A stretch of DNA of 64,000 nt from NCBI GenBank assembly GCA_964016885.1, contig OZ024745.1, forward strand, positions 53,258,001-53,322,000, given 5' to 3'. A program made the translations under genes and the position numbers. Source of the DNA: Eledone cirrhosa (taxonomy: Eukaryota). Below, piece after piece: positions 12,377 to 29,098 of the stretch (the stretch's first letter is position 1; every line of letters starts with the position of its first letter). Under the pieces are notes generated by a model. That model worked only from the letters and a program-made list of their open reading frames with translations, searched no databases and was not told the origin of the DNA.

Positions 12377-12554
12377 ATAAATATGGTTTTATAAATATAG
12401 TTTCCATATGTTAATATCGTATGCTTACTCCAAATACTTGTTGAGTGTGTTATAAAAATATTTGCTTGTTGTATCCCAACAGTTAAAATAGAACTTTTGC
12501 ATATATATATTTATATTTATATATATATAATTATATATAAATATATATATATAT

Positions 12555-12662
<108 letters not shown>

Positions 12663-12700
12663 TAAAATTAGAATACCGCATGGTAAATATCCGAAATTAA

Positions 12701-14903
<2,203 letters not shown>

Positions 14904-16570
14904 TTATTATTTCTGCCAATGACCCTCCTCAAGTATAACAATATATTTATATGTATATATATATGTATATATATATATCTATATCTGTGTGTGTGTGTGT
15001 GTGTATGTGTGTCAAATGATGCATGTGTTATAATAGATTTATGTAACAATATACAATGGATCCATTATATATATTTAAAATACAGTAGTTCTAGAAGAAG
15101 AGATAGAAGTAGGGCATAACATTTCATGAGTAAACTTCTTCTTGAAATGAATCTACATGGAATAGCCTGAAAGAGATACGTCAAGAGTTGCTAAAAAAAT
15201 TAAGGACGAAAGAAGAAAAATAAATAAATAAGTGAATAAATGTAAAATTAGTCTTTGACAATTGATAGAATAACTGATTCCCGTATCCAAGGATATAATA
15301 TTTATTAGAATCCATACGAAAGCGCAAAGCACGTAAAGCCATATGGAATTCAATGATAGATATTTGCCATATCATTTTAAAAAAATGTTTTCAAAATATG
15401 ACTGCCAAATGATTGAGTGTTGGAAGTGCGGGATTATATAATTGGAAATTTTAAACGACACAATCCTTACCCCGCAAAAAAAGGAAAGGAAGAAGAAGAA
15501 TATGCCAGACCAGGGGAGTGGATGATGTTCCATTAGGCTCAGCCTTGCCAGGAGAGCTGTACTTGCATCGGCGGTGACTGTTTCTTCTCTCTGTCTCACT
15601 AATAAATAAATCTTGAAAATGGAAAGAAAATTCCCATCAAACAAAATTCTGAGAGTGTGACATTCTGAGGATCCACCCTCCTCTATCCACCGTTTTCGGG
15701 TAAATAGGTCGTTTATGTGTGATTTTTTTTATTAGATTCGTTGAAATCCCAGATTAGATTCAGAAAAGAAAAAAATCCTCCACATAGAAAACTTCTTCCC
15801 CACCTTCCATTTTCGAAAAAAAAAAGCGTTTACGTGTATGCTGGAAGTTAAATTCGTTGAAAATACAAGAAAGAATTCTAGTGAAAAAAGCAATATTTCC
15901 CTGAATCCCAGCGGGTGATTTTCTATAAACTTACAAAATGTTCAAATCTCATGTCTTCCACTTTAACCAATTCGATGCATATTCGTTTCGTTTATATGCC
16001 CCGCCCCCAGGAAAATGAGACTGACTTGGTATAAGAAGAGAAAGAAGGAAAAAAAAAGGAAGAGTAATTATTGAAAGATAAGAATTAAAAAGCTAAATCT
16101 CTGATCATGATTACTCAGTAACGCCATCCGCATGAAAATCAATAGTTAAGCTTGTATCAATATATTTAAAGCAAAACTTCTGCAAGGAGAAGACCTATGA
16201 TTTTTTACTGGTGTGAGAGGTGACCTTTGTCTCCATCATCTGCATATGGGTGACCTTTTCTCTCTGTTCAGATAAACAGCAATATATATGTTCCTCTGAA
16301 TAAATTGTGTTTATTTCGGCCTAAAAAAATTATGCAGCGATTCCGTGACCACTTTGTAAAAGATCCGTTTTCAATAAAAGCTCATAGACATATATATATA
16401 TAGAAATGAACAAAAGCAGTCATATATAGATAGAAATGAACAGAAGGAGTCATACATACAGAGAAATGAACATAAGCAGTCATATATACACGCCATACGC
16501 TTCCTTTGGAGATATGCTTTCATAATACCTATTAGTTTTTTTCGTATATTTCTCTAAATGTGTTTCTTCA

Positions 16571-16630
<60 letters not shown>

Positions 16631-16809
16631 TTATATGTGTGAGTTGTGTTTCTGTGTGCGTCTGTATGTCTGTGCATGTGTGTGTTTGAGAGCCTGTATG
16701 TGCGTACATATGAATATGCTTAATGGATTAATCTTTCTCTGCATTTTTTTACATTCATCGTCACATTATATATTTACATACACGCACAAACACTCACACA
16801 CACACACAT

Positions 16810-16877
<68 letters not shown>

Positions 16878-17927
16878 GCATAAATATATATACGCATATG
16901 CGTGTGTGTGTTTGTGCTTGTGAGTATTTTAGATATCCTATATTCTTTAAGTCTAAATTCTTGTTGCTTCCTCTATTTAGAATTCTGACATTCAATTGTA
17001 TACGGGTGTATGTGAGGATCTTACATGTGGGGTATTATGTTTCATTCTTCTTTCTCATTATGTTTTCTTTCTTTATCTCTTACTATTACGTACTATCCTT
17101 TATTATATCATTCACATCGTGCAGTGAATGTATCTTATTCCATTTGCAGATTCCGTTAATGTTTTTTCAATGCATTTTCGATGAAATTGTTTGTTTCTAT
17201 TTTATTTTGTAACTCATTATCCATTATAGCCTGCAATATGGCCGCTAGATATTCTTATTCTAGCCACATATCCGCATCTACATTGTCCTTTCAATAGATA
17301 CATACTCACACAATAAATACAGCAGTTTTATTTTTCAAATATATTTTTTGTTTTATTCTTATAATTTACCTTCTTTTTTTTTCATATTTAGGATTTGTAA
17401 TTGCTGCTTTCTGTCATTGTTTTTATGTGTTTTTGGTTGTTTTTTTTTTTTTTTTTTTGGGGGGGGGGGGGGGGGGGTTCGTTGTTCTTTATTTTTGGTT
17501 TAGTTCGAAGTGTTTATTGGCCTTTCAGACATATTGATAAAATGAAAAACTCAGAATATATATTTATATATGTGTGTGTGTTTGTGTGTCTGTACGTTTG
17601 ACTGTGTCTGTGTGACCGTGTGTGTGTGTGTGTGCGCCTATATATATATATATATATATAAAACATATCCATATCCATATATATATATGTAGCGCTCATA
17701 TGATTTATGTTTGTATATGTCGGTGCCAATTCTCGTGTTTTATTTTCCGTTTTACTCTTCTGCTGTTTTACTGATTCTTCACATTTTTCTTGGTATTGTT
17801 ATTGCTTTCCTTTAACTTTATTTTTCTCCAAATATAGGTGTGTGGCAAGTCTTTTCATCTAACATCTTTTCAAATATTCACAGTTTTCGTAAAGTCATGT
17901 ATGTATGATATTTTGATGTATATGTGA

Positions 17928-18025
<98 letters not shown>

Positions 18026-18436
18026 GTGTGTGCGTGTGTGTGTACATATATATAGAGAGAAGGAGAGTGAGAGATAAACAGATATAGAGATACAGATACG
18101 TGTATATAAGATAGCGGTTTGTTGTTTTGTTATTACTGTTGTCCTATGTGGCGGTGATTTTTCCCCAGCTTATCTTGATGAAAAACATGCAATGAAATAT
18201 AAAGCAACGTTATATAACATAAAGTAGATAGTTCGATTATTTTAGGCTACGTGTTGCAGTAGAGCAAATGTGATGGGAATTATGGCATGAGCAAAATAGT
18301 CTTGTTTCTTATGTGTAGAATATTTAAAGTAAAAATAAAAAAGAAACATTCTTACAAGACAACAATTATATTCCAAAAGTTGAAATAGCACCATCTCATT
18401 TCCTTATATGCATATATTTATGTGTGTATATTCGTG

Positions 18437-18496
<60 letters not shown>

Positions 18497-18552
18497 TTCT
18501 CTCTCTCTCTCTCTTTCACTATCTCTCTCTCCCTCTCTCTCTCTGTATATAT

Positions 18553-18607
<55 letters not shown>

Positions 18608-19169
18608 TTATTAGTGACTGTTTGTGGTTTCCAAAGCACTAGTGGGGACACAGCCTCAGAGGTGTCACGATGAAAGTCAGAGAAGGTCAGTCAATAATGC
18701 TGCTCAGACTTGTCTCGTGTAATATAGGTATACTGCTAGTGTTGGCCACACGACAACTCAACCGAGTGTTCAACAGCCGTCTTAGCTAGAGAGATGAGAC
18801 GCTATAGTATAGTTTTCGCTACATTCAGTGAGACTGAGTTACTTGGAGAGAATAGTCTTAGCAGAGAGTTATGCCGTTGATATCATCAAAATGATATCAA
18901 CTTAAATGGGAAAACCAACAGCTGCTTAAACAGACTTATACACAAGTTAATGTCACTTAATGTCACTTTGCATTGTGTTTACCGAAAACCGCTATGTCAC
19001 TTTTCTAAGTCATTTCTTTTAAACTCTGCCAAGTGATATTCAAACCACAGACCAATTCTATCAAACATCAGTTGTGGCACTGATTAAAATATCCAATCAA
19101 CAAAACTTCTTCTAATAGATGATTGTAGTAAAGCAGTAGAAAATTTAACTTTGACTAATTAGTGTTCAT

Positions 19170-19530
19170 GTTGTTGGAAAAACTAAGCTATAACATCCGT
19201 CCATCTCTGTGAATAGAGCTGGACCTCAACAGAACCAACACCATCCTATAGAATGATGGATACATTCATGTTTGTAAAATTGGCTTTTTGATTAACGACG
19301 CCGTAGCTAGACTCGAAAACATCAAAGATATTCTGCTAGCCCATGTAATGCTGGTTGTTGAGTATTGTACAGACAATCACATGATACTAACAAATGTAAG
19401 ATTTCAAGTGTGATCCTTACAAAGCTCAAGAGCTCCAAACGTCAGGACGATCAATTCCTGAAAGAAGCGATATTTTATGAACTTTTTATATTATGTAGTT
19501 GTCGAAACGAGCGTTTCAGAGTAATGTATA
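19170..19530 (+). pseudogene. Possible highly degraded LINE APE-endonuclease remnant
   Basis: Fragments VVEYCTDNHMILTNVRFQ and YYVVVE resemble RTE endonuclease motifs, but there are many stops and frameshifts. Confidence 0.3.
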
Positions 19531-20479
19531 CTTCATGAGCTGGCTTAGATAAGATATTCCATCGAGGTGACGTCAAATAACACCACAGGTTTAGGACGAA
19601 CACCACGATTCATTCAATGACAAGTCCACTATGATCGGCAAGCTTAGATTGACGTACACAAGCAACGCAAAAAGTATTAGCAGGACAAAGTAAAAAAAAC
19701 GGTCACGAGATCTTCGGAGTGCAAAAGCTCGATAAATGCCGGTGCATGCGTATATTCAGTTTCTATGGTAGAATAAACGTACTATATGTTCTCGAGAATT
19801 GTTCCATGACAAAACTGAAGTCATCAGTAATAGTACTGACAAGTCATTCTGTAGGGGTAAAATTTGAAATATAGTTGCATACATTTACCGTTTTACTCAT
19901 AAGTTTTATTTACCGTTTTACTCATACATCATTTTACTCATAAGACATGTACACTCTGTTCAGAATTGGAGCTATGTAAACTAAGACGTAGTAAAAATGA
20001 TACTAGAACATTGTATTCGACAAACGAAATTTTAGGCTACTCGGATATATGTCTACATTGTTCTTCTATGATGAAATATATTTACATAATTCTGTTGTAG
20101 CAGCTGTTTTCCGAAGGTATAGATACACTGTATGTTTCTACTTTCTAAAATATACCCTATATGTTCATAAGGATATCATAGGAATTTTATTTTATTTCAT
20201 TATGTTTTGACACATTGATAATTTCAATTCTGGCTTTTGGTTTCCTTACTCAGACACTCTTAATAAACATATGGGTTATAATGATTTTATATTTTTTGTG
20301 CACATTTTTATGTTTTTACATATATAAGTCATTGGAAGATGATAATTTTCTCTATGTATAGGTATGTGTATATATATATGTCCTTTCTCTACTATCTTTT
20401 CAGGCATCATCCCTATCAATGAACTGATTATGTTTGAGACCCGACGAGAAATGACAACCGATACAAACTATATCGATTT

Positions 20480-21012
20480 AACAGCAAAGTCATGAGCCAC
20501 ATCATAAACAGCTATCCTAAAACGATGTTAATGATGTAGTAGCCAACACACAGCACGATATAATTCGTAGAAGCGATCGTCCTGAAGATCAAACTATATG
20601 ACAACATTATTATGGATGACATACTTACTCATAATACTGGTGAAACATTCTAGTGGAAACCATTGTAAACTTTAGCCGTAACAGGCTAGACATATTGATC
20701 TAGAATAAAGAAAGAAATTCTACTGTAATAGAAATCGGTTCTTCAACAGACTTTTGTATAATGTTACAGATAAACGAAAAATCATATGTTAAACTAATGG
20801 AAAATGTGTAGATATTCCGTTCAACTATAAATTTAGATTGTATACCCGTAATTATTGGAGCACATGGACAAGTAACTGACGACCTCAGTGTCACTGTTAA
20901 GAGGCTGAGTTTCGCAAAACCAGAATGAAAATATCTATTTCAGAAATTACAATTACAAACTATTAATGGAAATGTGAAAATATCTAATACATTCCAGAGA
21001 TTTAGCATGTGA
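20480..21012 (+). pseudogene. Old R4/Dong-type RLE retrotransposon 3' remnant
   Basis: YW*NILVET..RNRLDILI..VIEIGSSTD..CIPVIIGAHG..LQLQTINGNVKISNTFQRF aligns by eye to the C-terminus of 27059-28447. Confidence 0.8.
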
Positions 21013-21305
21013 TAAGTAGACACACACGCACGCGGGCGGGCGAGCGTACACACGCGTACACACGCGTACACACACACGCACGCACGCACACACACACACA
21101 CACACATACACACACACACACTTACGTATACAATCATCCACACACGCACACTTATATACACGTATAAGTGTTCAAATATGTATATGCACACTTACCTTTA
21201 TAGATACATACAATATTACATATTCAATGATAAAGTATTCATATACCCCAAAATATAGAACAGACATACGTATTTATACATTCATACGTACATACATACG
21301 TACAC

Positions 21306-21366
<61 letters not shown>

Positions 21367-21456
21367 AAATTAAAGACTTTCAGTTAAAAACTCTCAATAA
21401 TCTGTGTATTTCTCTCTAAATACTGACTTATATATGTATATATATATATATGTATG

Positions 21457-21504
<48 letters not shown>

Positions 21505-21542
21505 AATTACATGAATCAAAGTTCTGTTCAAACTATTTATTA

Positions 21543-21587
21543 GCTTACAATTGTTTCGTCCAAACCGAGGTTTGGAGTCTTCGGAGC
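21543..21587 (-). ncRNA. Degenerate hammerhead (core CCGAAGA)
   Basis: GCT-CCGAAGA-cTCCAAAC-ctcg-GTTTGGAc-GAAA-CAATTG-TA-AGC. Confidence 0.6.
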
Positions 21588-22570
21588 AATTTTTCAATGA
21601 TTGTTTACATACATGACCTCCTTTCCAACACAAAAGACATCCAGAAACATATGTATATATCGATGCACAGTGGGGTGACATCCATTATAATATTTTAGCA
21701 TGGCAATTTACATTCAAAAATTAAAATCATATTAAAAGAAAATTAAAACAAAATTAAAGTTAAAATACAACATCGGCAGTTTACGAAGATAATGCAAGAG
21801 GGTAGTTTGAAGTAGTTAGTGTATGCAATAGTTACACGTGGGGCATGCACGTGTGTCTTATTTATATAAGATTAATGTGCGGCAAGGTGTTATATGCAAT
21901 ACAAGCACTTTAAGCGGGTAATCAAGAGTATTATGGGGGTTGTATTGGTAAAGTATTTTTTATGTATGATAAATAAGCTTGTGTGCAGAGAAATATTAAA
22001 AATGAGAAGCAAAATAATGTTATGGTTTTTGTATACACCACCATTTTCACAATCCAGGAAACGTAATATATAGATTATATGTCCTTCACATAATTAACGA
22101 TGATTCAGTATTGGAAGCTTGATGTATGAGGTTAGATTATTACAGCATGTTGTTCTTTAATCCAATTTTATAGAGCAGATTGTTTTTGTTGCGAGAATTT
22201 ACATCGTTATATTTTCCGGAAGTATGTGTGTGATTAAGGGGAGTTAATGCGTGAGGGGAGGTAACTAGCTGATTTCTATAACTAAATTTATTATTCCAAT
22301 GTACATTAAACGGTGTCCCAATTGAGTCCCTTACATATATGGTTATAAACAGTTTCTAAATTTAAGTATCCTATCTTTAAATTACAGTCTACTCTATCAA
22401 GAAGTACTAAAGGTATCCAAATTAGGATGGTTACCCTCTATCATAGAGTGCCACCACTGAATATTCCATATGAAGAGTCAAACCTCATGTATGTATGTAT
22501 GTATGTATGTATGTATGTATGTATTTATCTATGTATGCATATATATATACATAAATATATACATATATAC

Positions 22571-22637
<67 letters not shown>

Positions 22638-22715
22638 TAAATACATACATACAGTGGTTGGTGTGTGCGTGTGATATATATAGATATATATAGATATATA
22701 TATATATAGATATAT

Positions 22716-22779
<64 letters not shown>

Positions 22780-22787
22780 TATATATA

Positions 22788-22939
22788 GAGTTATAAACTC
22801 AAACAGTCTTTTACAATTAAATAGCTCAAAGAAAGAGATATTTCTGAGTCGTGAAATACAAATTAATATAAATTAATATATGATAAACACTAATAATAGT
22901 ATTAGTGTTTATTATATATTAATTTATATTAATTTGTAT
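22788..22939. repeat. Dispersed repeat ending in a long hairpin (second copy at 55366-55510)
   Basis: Shared AAATAGCTCAAAGAAAG..TATTTCTGA..CGTG.AATACAA, followed by an inverted repeat. Confidence 0.75.
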
Positions 22940-22961
22940 ATATATATATGTATGCATACAA

Positions 22962-23002
<41 letters not shown>

Positions 23003-23164
23003 ATACGCACACACCAACCACTGGATGGCCCATCTACGATGGATGATCTGCATCACACCGAAAGGTTTAATTTATTGCATCATCGTCATCGTTTACTAAA
23101 CGGTAATACGAGTTTCATCCATTGGTAAACAACGTAACGTAAGTGGTATCTGTACTAAAATTTG

Positions 23165-23194
<30 letters not shown>

Positions 23195-23196
<2 letters not shown>

Positions 23197-23886
23197 CAAA
23201 TTTTAGTACAGTATTAACGAAGGTTTAGGCTGCGACTAAGCTAAAGAATGCAAATTGGGAATGTAGTTTTAGCACTTGATGGAGAATAATACCCTAGAGT
23301 ACTAACAATACGTTTAGACAGCTTTGTAAATCAAATATAGCGATCGGCAGTCCAGCCGCATTTCCATAGCAACGAAAAAGATTGGACTCAGGAAAAGATT
23401 TTTGACTGACCTGGACCATCACGCGGAGACCGAATGCAATACATCATGCATATCGTATAGCATACGATATACATCACATATAACATACAACATCCACGCT
23501 AGGTTTCTGTAAATCCGAGATCGACTAATTCCACTTGCAGGGGTATGCAAGTTAATGGCTTTTGACGACAGAACAAAGGATTTACTGCGTCAACAAGTCT
23601 TGCGTTCTATAGCCTCAGCAGGTGTGTTCTAGCAGTAAATTTTGCTATAGACACGTGCTTTTCTCTAAGGGAGGTAACCCACGTTTTGGCAGTGAATTCG
23701 AAATTTGAGACAAAGGAATGAAATTCCCTTAGACAAACCGAATTAAGCACTCAACCAGAGTTATCAAACAAACATAAACAATTAATCAATCAATAGAATT
23801 GTCTAATTAAATTAATCAGTTAATCGTTAATTCTAGGAGTTAAAATACAAATTTTAGTACAGCATTAAATAAGCTTTAGGCTGCGG

Positions 23887-23890
<4 letters not shown>
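23195..23890. mobile_element. Unclassified ~695-bp element with ~45-bp terminal direct repeats, between (TA)n tracts
   Basis: TACAAATTTTAGTACAG.ATTAA..AAG.TTTAGGCTGCG.CTAA occurs at 23195 and 23846. Confidence 0.55.
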
Positions 23891-23920
<30 letters not shown>

Positions 23921-23923
<3 letters not shown>

Positions 23924-24506
23924 CGTTTCTGAATTTGTTTAGCAAGATTCTTTATCTGAAATCGTGTGTTGAAACCGATATTGTTATACTTTGGGAGGGT
24001 CATGTTGCCAATAAGAAACACACGCACCAGTTGCTTTCACTTCAATTTAATTTAATATATATTTATAAATTTACAAATTTATAAATTTCTGGTTGGTTGG
24101 TTGGTTCCACAACCAGATAGTTGTTTATATATATATAGTCATAGTTCTTTCGTCACACACTCTGTGACCTCTTCAGTGACTGGGGATTTCTTTCTTCGTT
24201 TCTGTGCCTTTCCTTTCTTCTATCCTACGCCATTTTGTTTGTGTGTCACACAAACAAAATGGCGTAGGATAGAAGAAAGGAAAGGCACAGAAACGAAGAA
24301 AGAAATCCCCAGTCACTGAAGAGGTCACAGAGTGTGTGACGAAAGAACTATGACTATATATATATAAACAACTATCTGGTTGTGGAACCAACCAACCAAC
24401 CAGAAATTTATAAATTTGTAAATTTATAAATATATATTAAATTAAATTGAAGTGAAAGCAACTGGTGCGTGTGTTTCTTATTGGCAACATGACCCTCCCA
24501 AAGTAT

Positions 24507-24514
<8 letters not shown>
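23921..24514. mobile_element. PLE family 2 pseudo-LTR fold-back: palindrome 23978-24514 with a 1-nt loop at 24246 and HHRs at 24137-24181(-) and 24311-24355(+)
   Basis: Mirror ORFs 24101..24319/24173..24391. Both ends terminate in the ORF start and (TA)n. Confidence 0.92.
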
Positions 24515-24534
<20 letters not shown>

Positions 24535-24542
<8 letters not shown>

Positions 24543-24830
24543 ATACTTGGGGAGGGTCATATGTGTGTAATATTGCCAGAATTAATAACAGAACACACTC
24601 ACTGTTTGCTTGGTTTTCGCTTTTCGCTTCTGTGTCTTTTATATCGGTAATCTAATATACTCGGTCCTCAATGTTGCCATTGACTGACCGACGGTCAAAA
24701 ATAATACAGATACAATATACACACAAACACATATATACAGTTTATCATAAATCTTTCGTTGCACATCTGCAACATCGTCAGTGGTACTATTGTTTCCTCC
24801 TGTTGAATTGTATGGCTACGCCATTTTTAT
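24535..24830 (-). mobile_element. PLE family 1 pseudo-LTR fragment with HHR (24744-24785)
   Basis: Homologous to 2565-2865. Confidence 0.88.
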
Positions 24831-25247
24831 TGATTTGTCATTGTCACACTATCCGCGTCCACAACTTCGTAGATGATTTTATAGACCAGCTGTAGATTTG
24901 CATAGTTTACGACACATGTGACAGAAGATAGTTATGTTTACCAGAGGACCGGTGGGGTCACCCTATCCGACACAATCTTTATGCACCATTATGTGCCTAG
25001 TGTCTAGTCCAGAACTAGTTCTACACACTTTGTTGCATATCACACACGTTGTTTCGCCAGGTTTTGTTTTTTTGAGTGGTGTGGCGGGTATTTATCCTTT
25101 CATGTGTCTTCAGGTGATTAACAGCCTTTGAGAGCAGTACACGCTGTCAGAATTTGCATGTCCAACTACTGATGCATTCATCAATACTGTGAGCACAACA
25201 CTTCCAGAGCTGATGCTTCAGGTGTTTATGTTCTTGATGACACTTCT
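24831..25247 (-). mobile_element. RTE-like LINE 3' remnant with C2H2 zinc fingers
   Basis: CVICNKVCRTSSGL..HIMVH and CHMCRKLCKSTAGL*NHLRS. Confidence 0.65.
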
Positions 25248-25313
25248 CATACATACATACATACATACATACATACATACATACATACATACATACATAC
25301 ATACATACATACA

Positions 25314-25346
<33 letters not shown>

Positions 25347-25911
25347 GGTGGCTGCCAACTCGTTTTCGAGTACGGCCACTACTTTATATTCCTGTAGGAG
25401 AACCCCTACCGATGCGCTGAACAAGTGTGACTTTTTAGTCCAGCCAGCGACTTGAAAACTCTGGTACAAACACTACACTTGTGACAATTATGACACATAG
25501 TGCTGGGCCCATGGTACCATGTGACGAAAAGTGCAGAGAGATCTCCAGATATAAAGCAATGCCTGTGCCGTGAAGCTTTTATAGTGAGCAAAGGCACTGC
25601 ACAAAGCCAGTCCCACTCTCTTAACCAAGATGATATTTACCAAAAAGAAGAACAAGTCAACATCATTGGATACCATCAGGGTTGCAGGTGTTATATCAGA
25701 GTTTTCTTTCTCCTAGAATTCTGCCTTGACAAAGGCTAAGGGGTCATCTCTCCCGGTGATTTTGGATGGCCATCGACTCTTAAGAGTTCCTTTGCCCTTT
25801 GACAGGTTTTGTTTTTAGTGCTGCAGGATGTCCAAAGTCACCCTCCTCACCAAGAAACCTTGGTCGGGTTGCCAGTTTAGTCGCCAACGACCCGACCATG
25901 GGACAGGTCAT
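25248..25911 (-). mobile_element. Internally deleted RTE-like element (5' UTR-like part, zinc-finger 3' end and (TATG)n tail)
   Basis: CSVCTRVFKSLAGLKSH and tail TACTCGAAAACGAGTTGGCAGCCACCAT(ATGT)n. 25600-25760 is homologous to 55720-55880. Confidence 0.65.
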
Positions 25912-26003
25912 ATATACATATATACATACATACATATATATATACATACATACATACAATATATATATATATATACGTACAATATATATATATATATATG
26001 CTT

Positions 26004-26047
<44 letters not shown>

Positions 26048-26139
26048 CAACATATATATATATACACATACAATATATATATATATATATACATACACAC
26101 AATATATATATATAAACATATATATATATATATGTATAT

Positions 26140-26170
<31 letters not shown>

Positions 26171-26428
26171 CATACAATATATATAAACATACATATATAT
26201 ATATACATACAATATATATATAAACATACATATATATATATATATATACATACATCCATATATATATACATACACACATACATATATATATATACATACA
26301 TACATATATATATACATACATACATATATATATACATACATACAATATATATATATATATACATACAATATATATATATACATACATACAATATATATAT
26401 ACATACATACAATATATATATACATATA

Positions 26429-26488
<60 letters not shown>

Positions 26489-26525
26489 ATATATATATAT
26501 GTGTATGTATATATATATATATATG

Positions 26526-26611
<86 letters not shown>

Positions 26612-27058
26612 CATACATATATATATATATACATATATACATACAATATATATATATATACATACATACAATATATATATATACATACATACATTCATAC
26701 ATACATACATACATACATACATACATACATACATACATACATACATACATTCATTCATACATACATACATACATACATACATACATACATACATACATAC
26801 ATACATACATACATACAAACATACATACAAACATACATACATACATTCATTCATTCATACATACATACACACATACATACATACATACATACATACATAC
26901 ATACATACATACATACATACATACAAACATACATACAAACATACATACATACATTCATTCATACATACATACATACATACATACATACATACATACATAC
27001 ATACATACATACATACATACATACATACATACATACATACATACATACATACATACAT
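25912..27058. repeat. Compound (TA)n/(CATA)n microsatellite
   Basis: Direct reading. It accounts for the spurious N-terminal half of the 882-aa ORF. Confidence 0.95.
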
Positions 27059-28447
27059 GCTGTGCCCTCCTCTAGAAATCTAGATATGAACGGCCTGACA
27101 ATACAACCTCTGCAGTCAGGTGACAACTACAGATATCTTGGACAGGATGAGAATGTCAGATATGATGGACCCATAAATAAGGAGAGAACCAGAACTGAAT
27201 ACCTCAGAAGAGTTAAAAAAATATGGTCATCAGAACTGTCAGCATACAACAAATACATTGCCCACAATACCTATGCTGTGCCAATTCTAACGCCAACATT
27301 TGGCCTACTGAACTGGTCATTGCAAGAACTAAGTGAGATGGATGTTAGAACTCGAAAACTTCTCAGTGTTACTGGGAACTTTAACATCAATGGTGATGTG
27401 GATAGGCTATACTTCTCACGCAAGGAAGGTGGCCGGGGTCTAAAATCAATATTAACAACATATGAGACCCGGATAGTAACACTGAAGCAACACCTTCAAC
27501 AGAGGAAAAAGGTTGGCGACCATCTTGCTCAGGTTTATGAGCATGAAAAAAGAAATATCATTAGAATAGCGACTGATCTGGAGGAGAGATATGGAATAAA
27601 GCCTGATATAAATCTCTCACCCAGAGAAATCGGAAGATCCTATTCAATGTTCAAACAAGAAAAAAAAATTGACCAATTTACAGAGAAAGTTGTGCATGGA
27701 TACTTGAGGCGTAAAACACAGACCATAGAGGGGATAAACCACTCAAAAAGCCTGGCATGGAGTTCCGACAAGTTTATGACATCACACCTTGAGGGATATC
27801 TCTATGCAATACAGGAACAAGAACTCCCTACCAAATATCTGCTGCACAAAAGAGGAGGGCCAGCAGCTGACAATAAATGTAGGCTATGTAAAACAAAGAT
27901 CGAGGATGTAAGCCACATTGTTGCCAGCTGCGAAAGAATGTCATCTCGCTACTACCTCCCCATGAGACACGATGGGATAGCTAGAACTATCTGGAACGCA
28001 CTTCGGAAAACAAAATTAACAAACGAGGAAGAATATATTGAGACAGATGGCACTAAGGAATACTGGTGGAACCTGAAAATAAAAACTGCCACCAAATTAA
28101 AGCACAACCGGCCTGATATTGTAGTTTGGGACCACACATTGAAAACGTGTTCTGTTGTGGAGATCAGCTGCCCACTTGATGTAAACGTTGTCAGAAAAAT
28201 ACAGGAGAAGGAGGACATCTACGGACCATTGATGAGGAGCTTACAAATCCAGTATCCAAGATACACCTTTAGCTTCATACCCATCATTATTGGAGCTACG
28301 AGTTATATACCAACCCGCTTGGACCAAAGTATGACCGAACTTGGATTTGCGGACAAAAAGCGCAGCTCCCTAATTCATAGTCTACAAATGGCTGCGATAG
28401 CTGGCACCTTCAAAATATGCAAAACATTCTTGCGATTCAAGGGATGA
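27059..28447 (+). CDS. 5'-truncated R4/Dong-clade non-LTR retrotransposon ORF (RT thumb, CCHC finger, PD-(D/E)xK RLE); 3' UTR to ~28528
   Basis: [53 protein letters not shown], all in an uninterrupted frame. Confidence 0.92.
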   Translation, partial: AVPSSRNLDMNGLTIQPLQSGDNYRYLGQDENVRYDGPINKERTRTEYLRRVKKIWSSELSAYNKYIAHNTYAVPILTPTFGLLNWSLQELSEMDVRTRKLLSVTGNFNINGDVDRLYFSRKEGGRGLKSILTTYETRIVTLKQHLQQRKKVGDHLAQVYEHEKRNIIRIATDLEERYGIKPDINLSPREIGRSYSMFKQEKKIDQFTEKVVHGYLRRKTQTIEGINHSKSLAWSSDKFMTSHLEGYLYAIQEQELPTKYLLHKRGGPAADNKCRLCKTKIEDVSHIVASCERMSSRYYLPMRHDGIARTIWNALRKTKLTNEEEYIETDGTKEYWWNLKIKTATKLKHNRPDIVVWDHTLKTCSVVEISCPLDVNVVRKIQEKEDIYGPLMRSLQIQYPRYTFSFIPIIIGATSYIPTRLDQSMTELGFADKKRSSLIHSLQMAAIAGTFKICKTFLRFKG

Positions 28448-28528
28448 CAATTTCTTTTCTTTTACAACCTTGCCACCAGGAAGGTGGCCGGTCAAAAAAA
28501 TATACTCGAAATTAAGAGAAAGAGAAAA

Positions 28529-29098
28529 CATACATACATACATACATACATACAAACGTACATACATACAAACATACATACATACATACATACATGCATG
28601 CATGATGGCTGCAAACTCTGCCAAGAGTATTGCAATCGCTTGTCAGATTCAGATGTGTGACGCTCAGATATGGCTTTTCAAGGCTGCTAGAGACTTGCAC
28701 TCCTTCGCACACTGACGACAACCATGGATCTCCCTGGCTTGAAGTCCTGCATCAGGTTGCTTGTGAACCCTCACAACACCATGGAGTTCATAGTTTACTG
28801 ATTCTCTTTGAACATGGCTGCGACCGTGGCTCCTGAGACCAGATTTGCTGAAGCAAATCTTTCCACATTCAGGGCAATTTAATTCAATGGAGACACCGAT
28901 CGATCGTTTCGAGAGATACACCAGGGCATTGCTTACGCACATCCCGTTTTATATTCTCGTGCTCTATGCATCTGTCCTCAAAATTATGGACCCCATCATT
29001 CACCATTCCACGCCAAGTTTCTCTTTCAAGAGCTTCTATCTCCCAGTCAGCCACCGTCAAACCAGTTTTTTTTTCAATGAGTCCTTTACACAATTCTA
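28529..29098 (-). mobile_element. RTE-like LINE 3' end with two C2H2 fingers and a (TATG)n tail
   Basis: WEIEALERETWRGMVNDGVHNFE, CPECGKICFSKSGLRSH and CRQCAKECKSLAALKSH. Confidence 0.82.

Noticed and set aside
25835-25911. HDV-like ribozyme in the RTE-like 5' region
   Set aside because: Hairpins are present, but I could not assemble a nested double pseudoknot or a conserved L3/J4-2.
25799-27058. N-terminal half of the 882-aa ORF
   Set aside because: It is stop-free translation of (TA)n/(CATA)n. Real coding sequence starts at ~27059.
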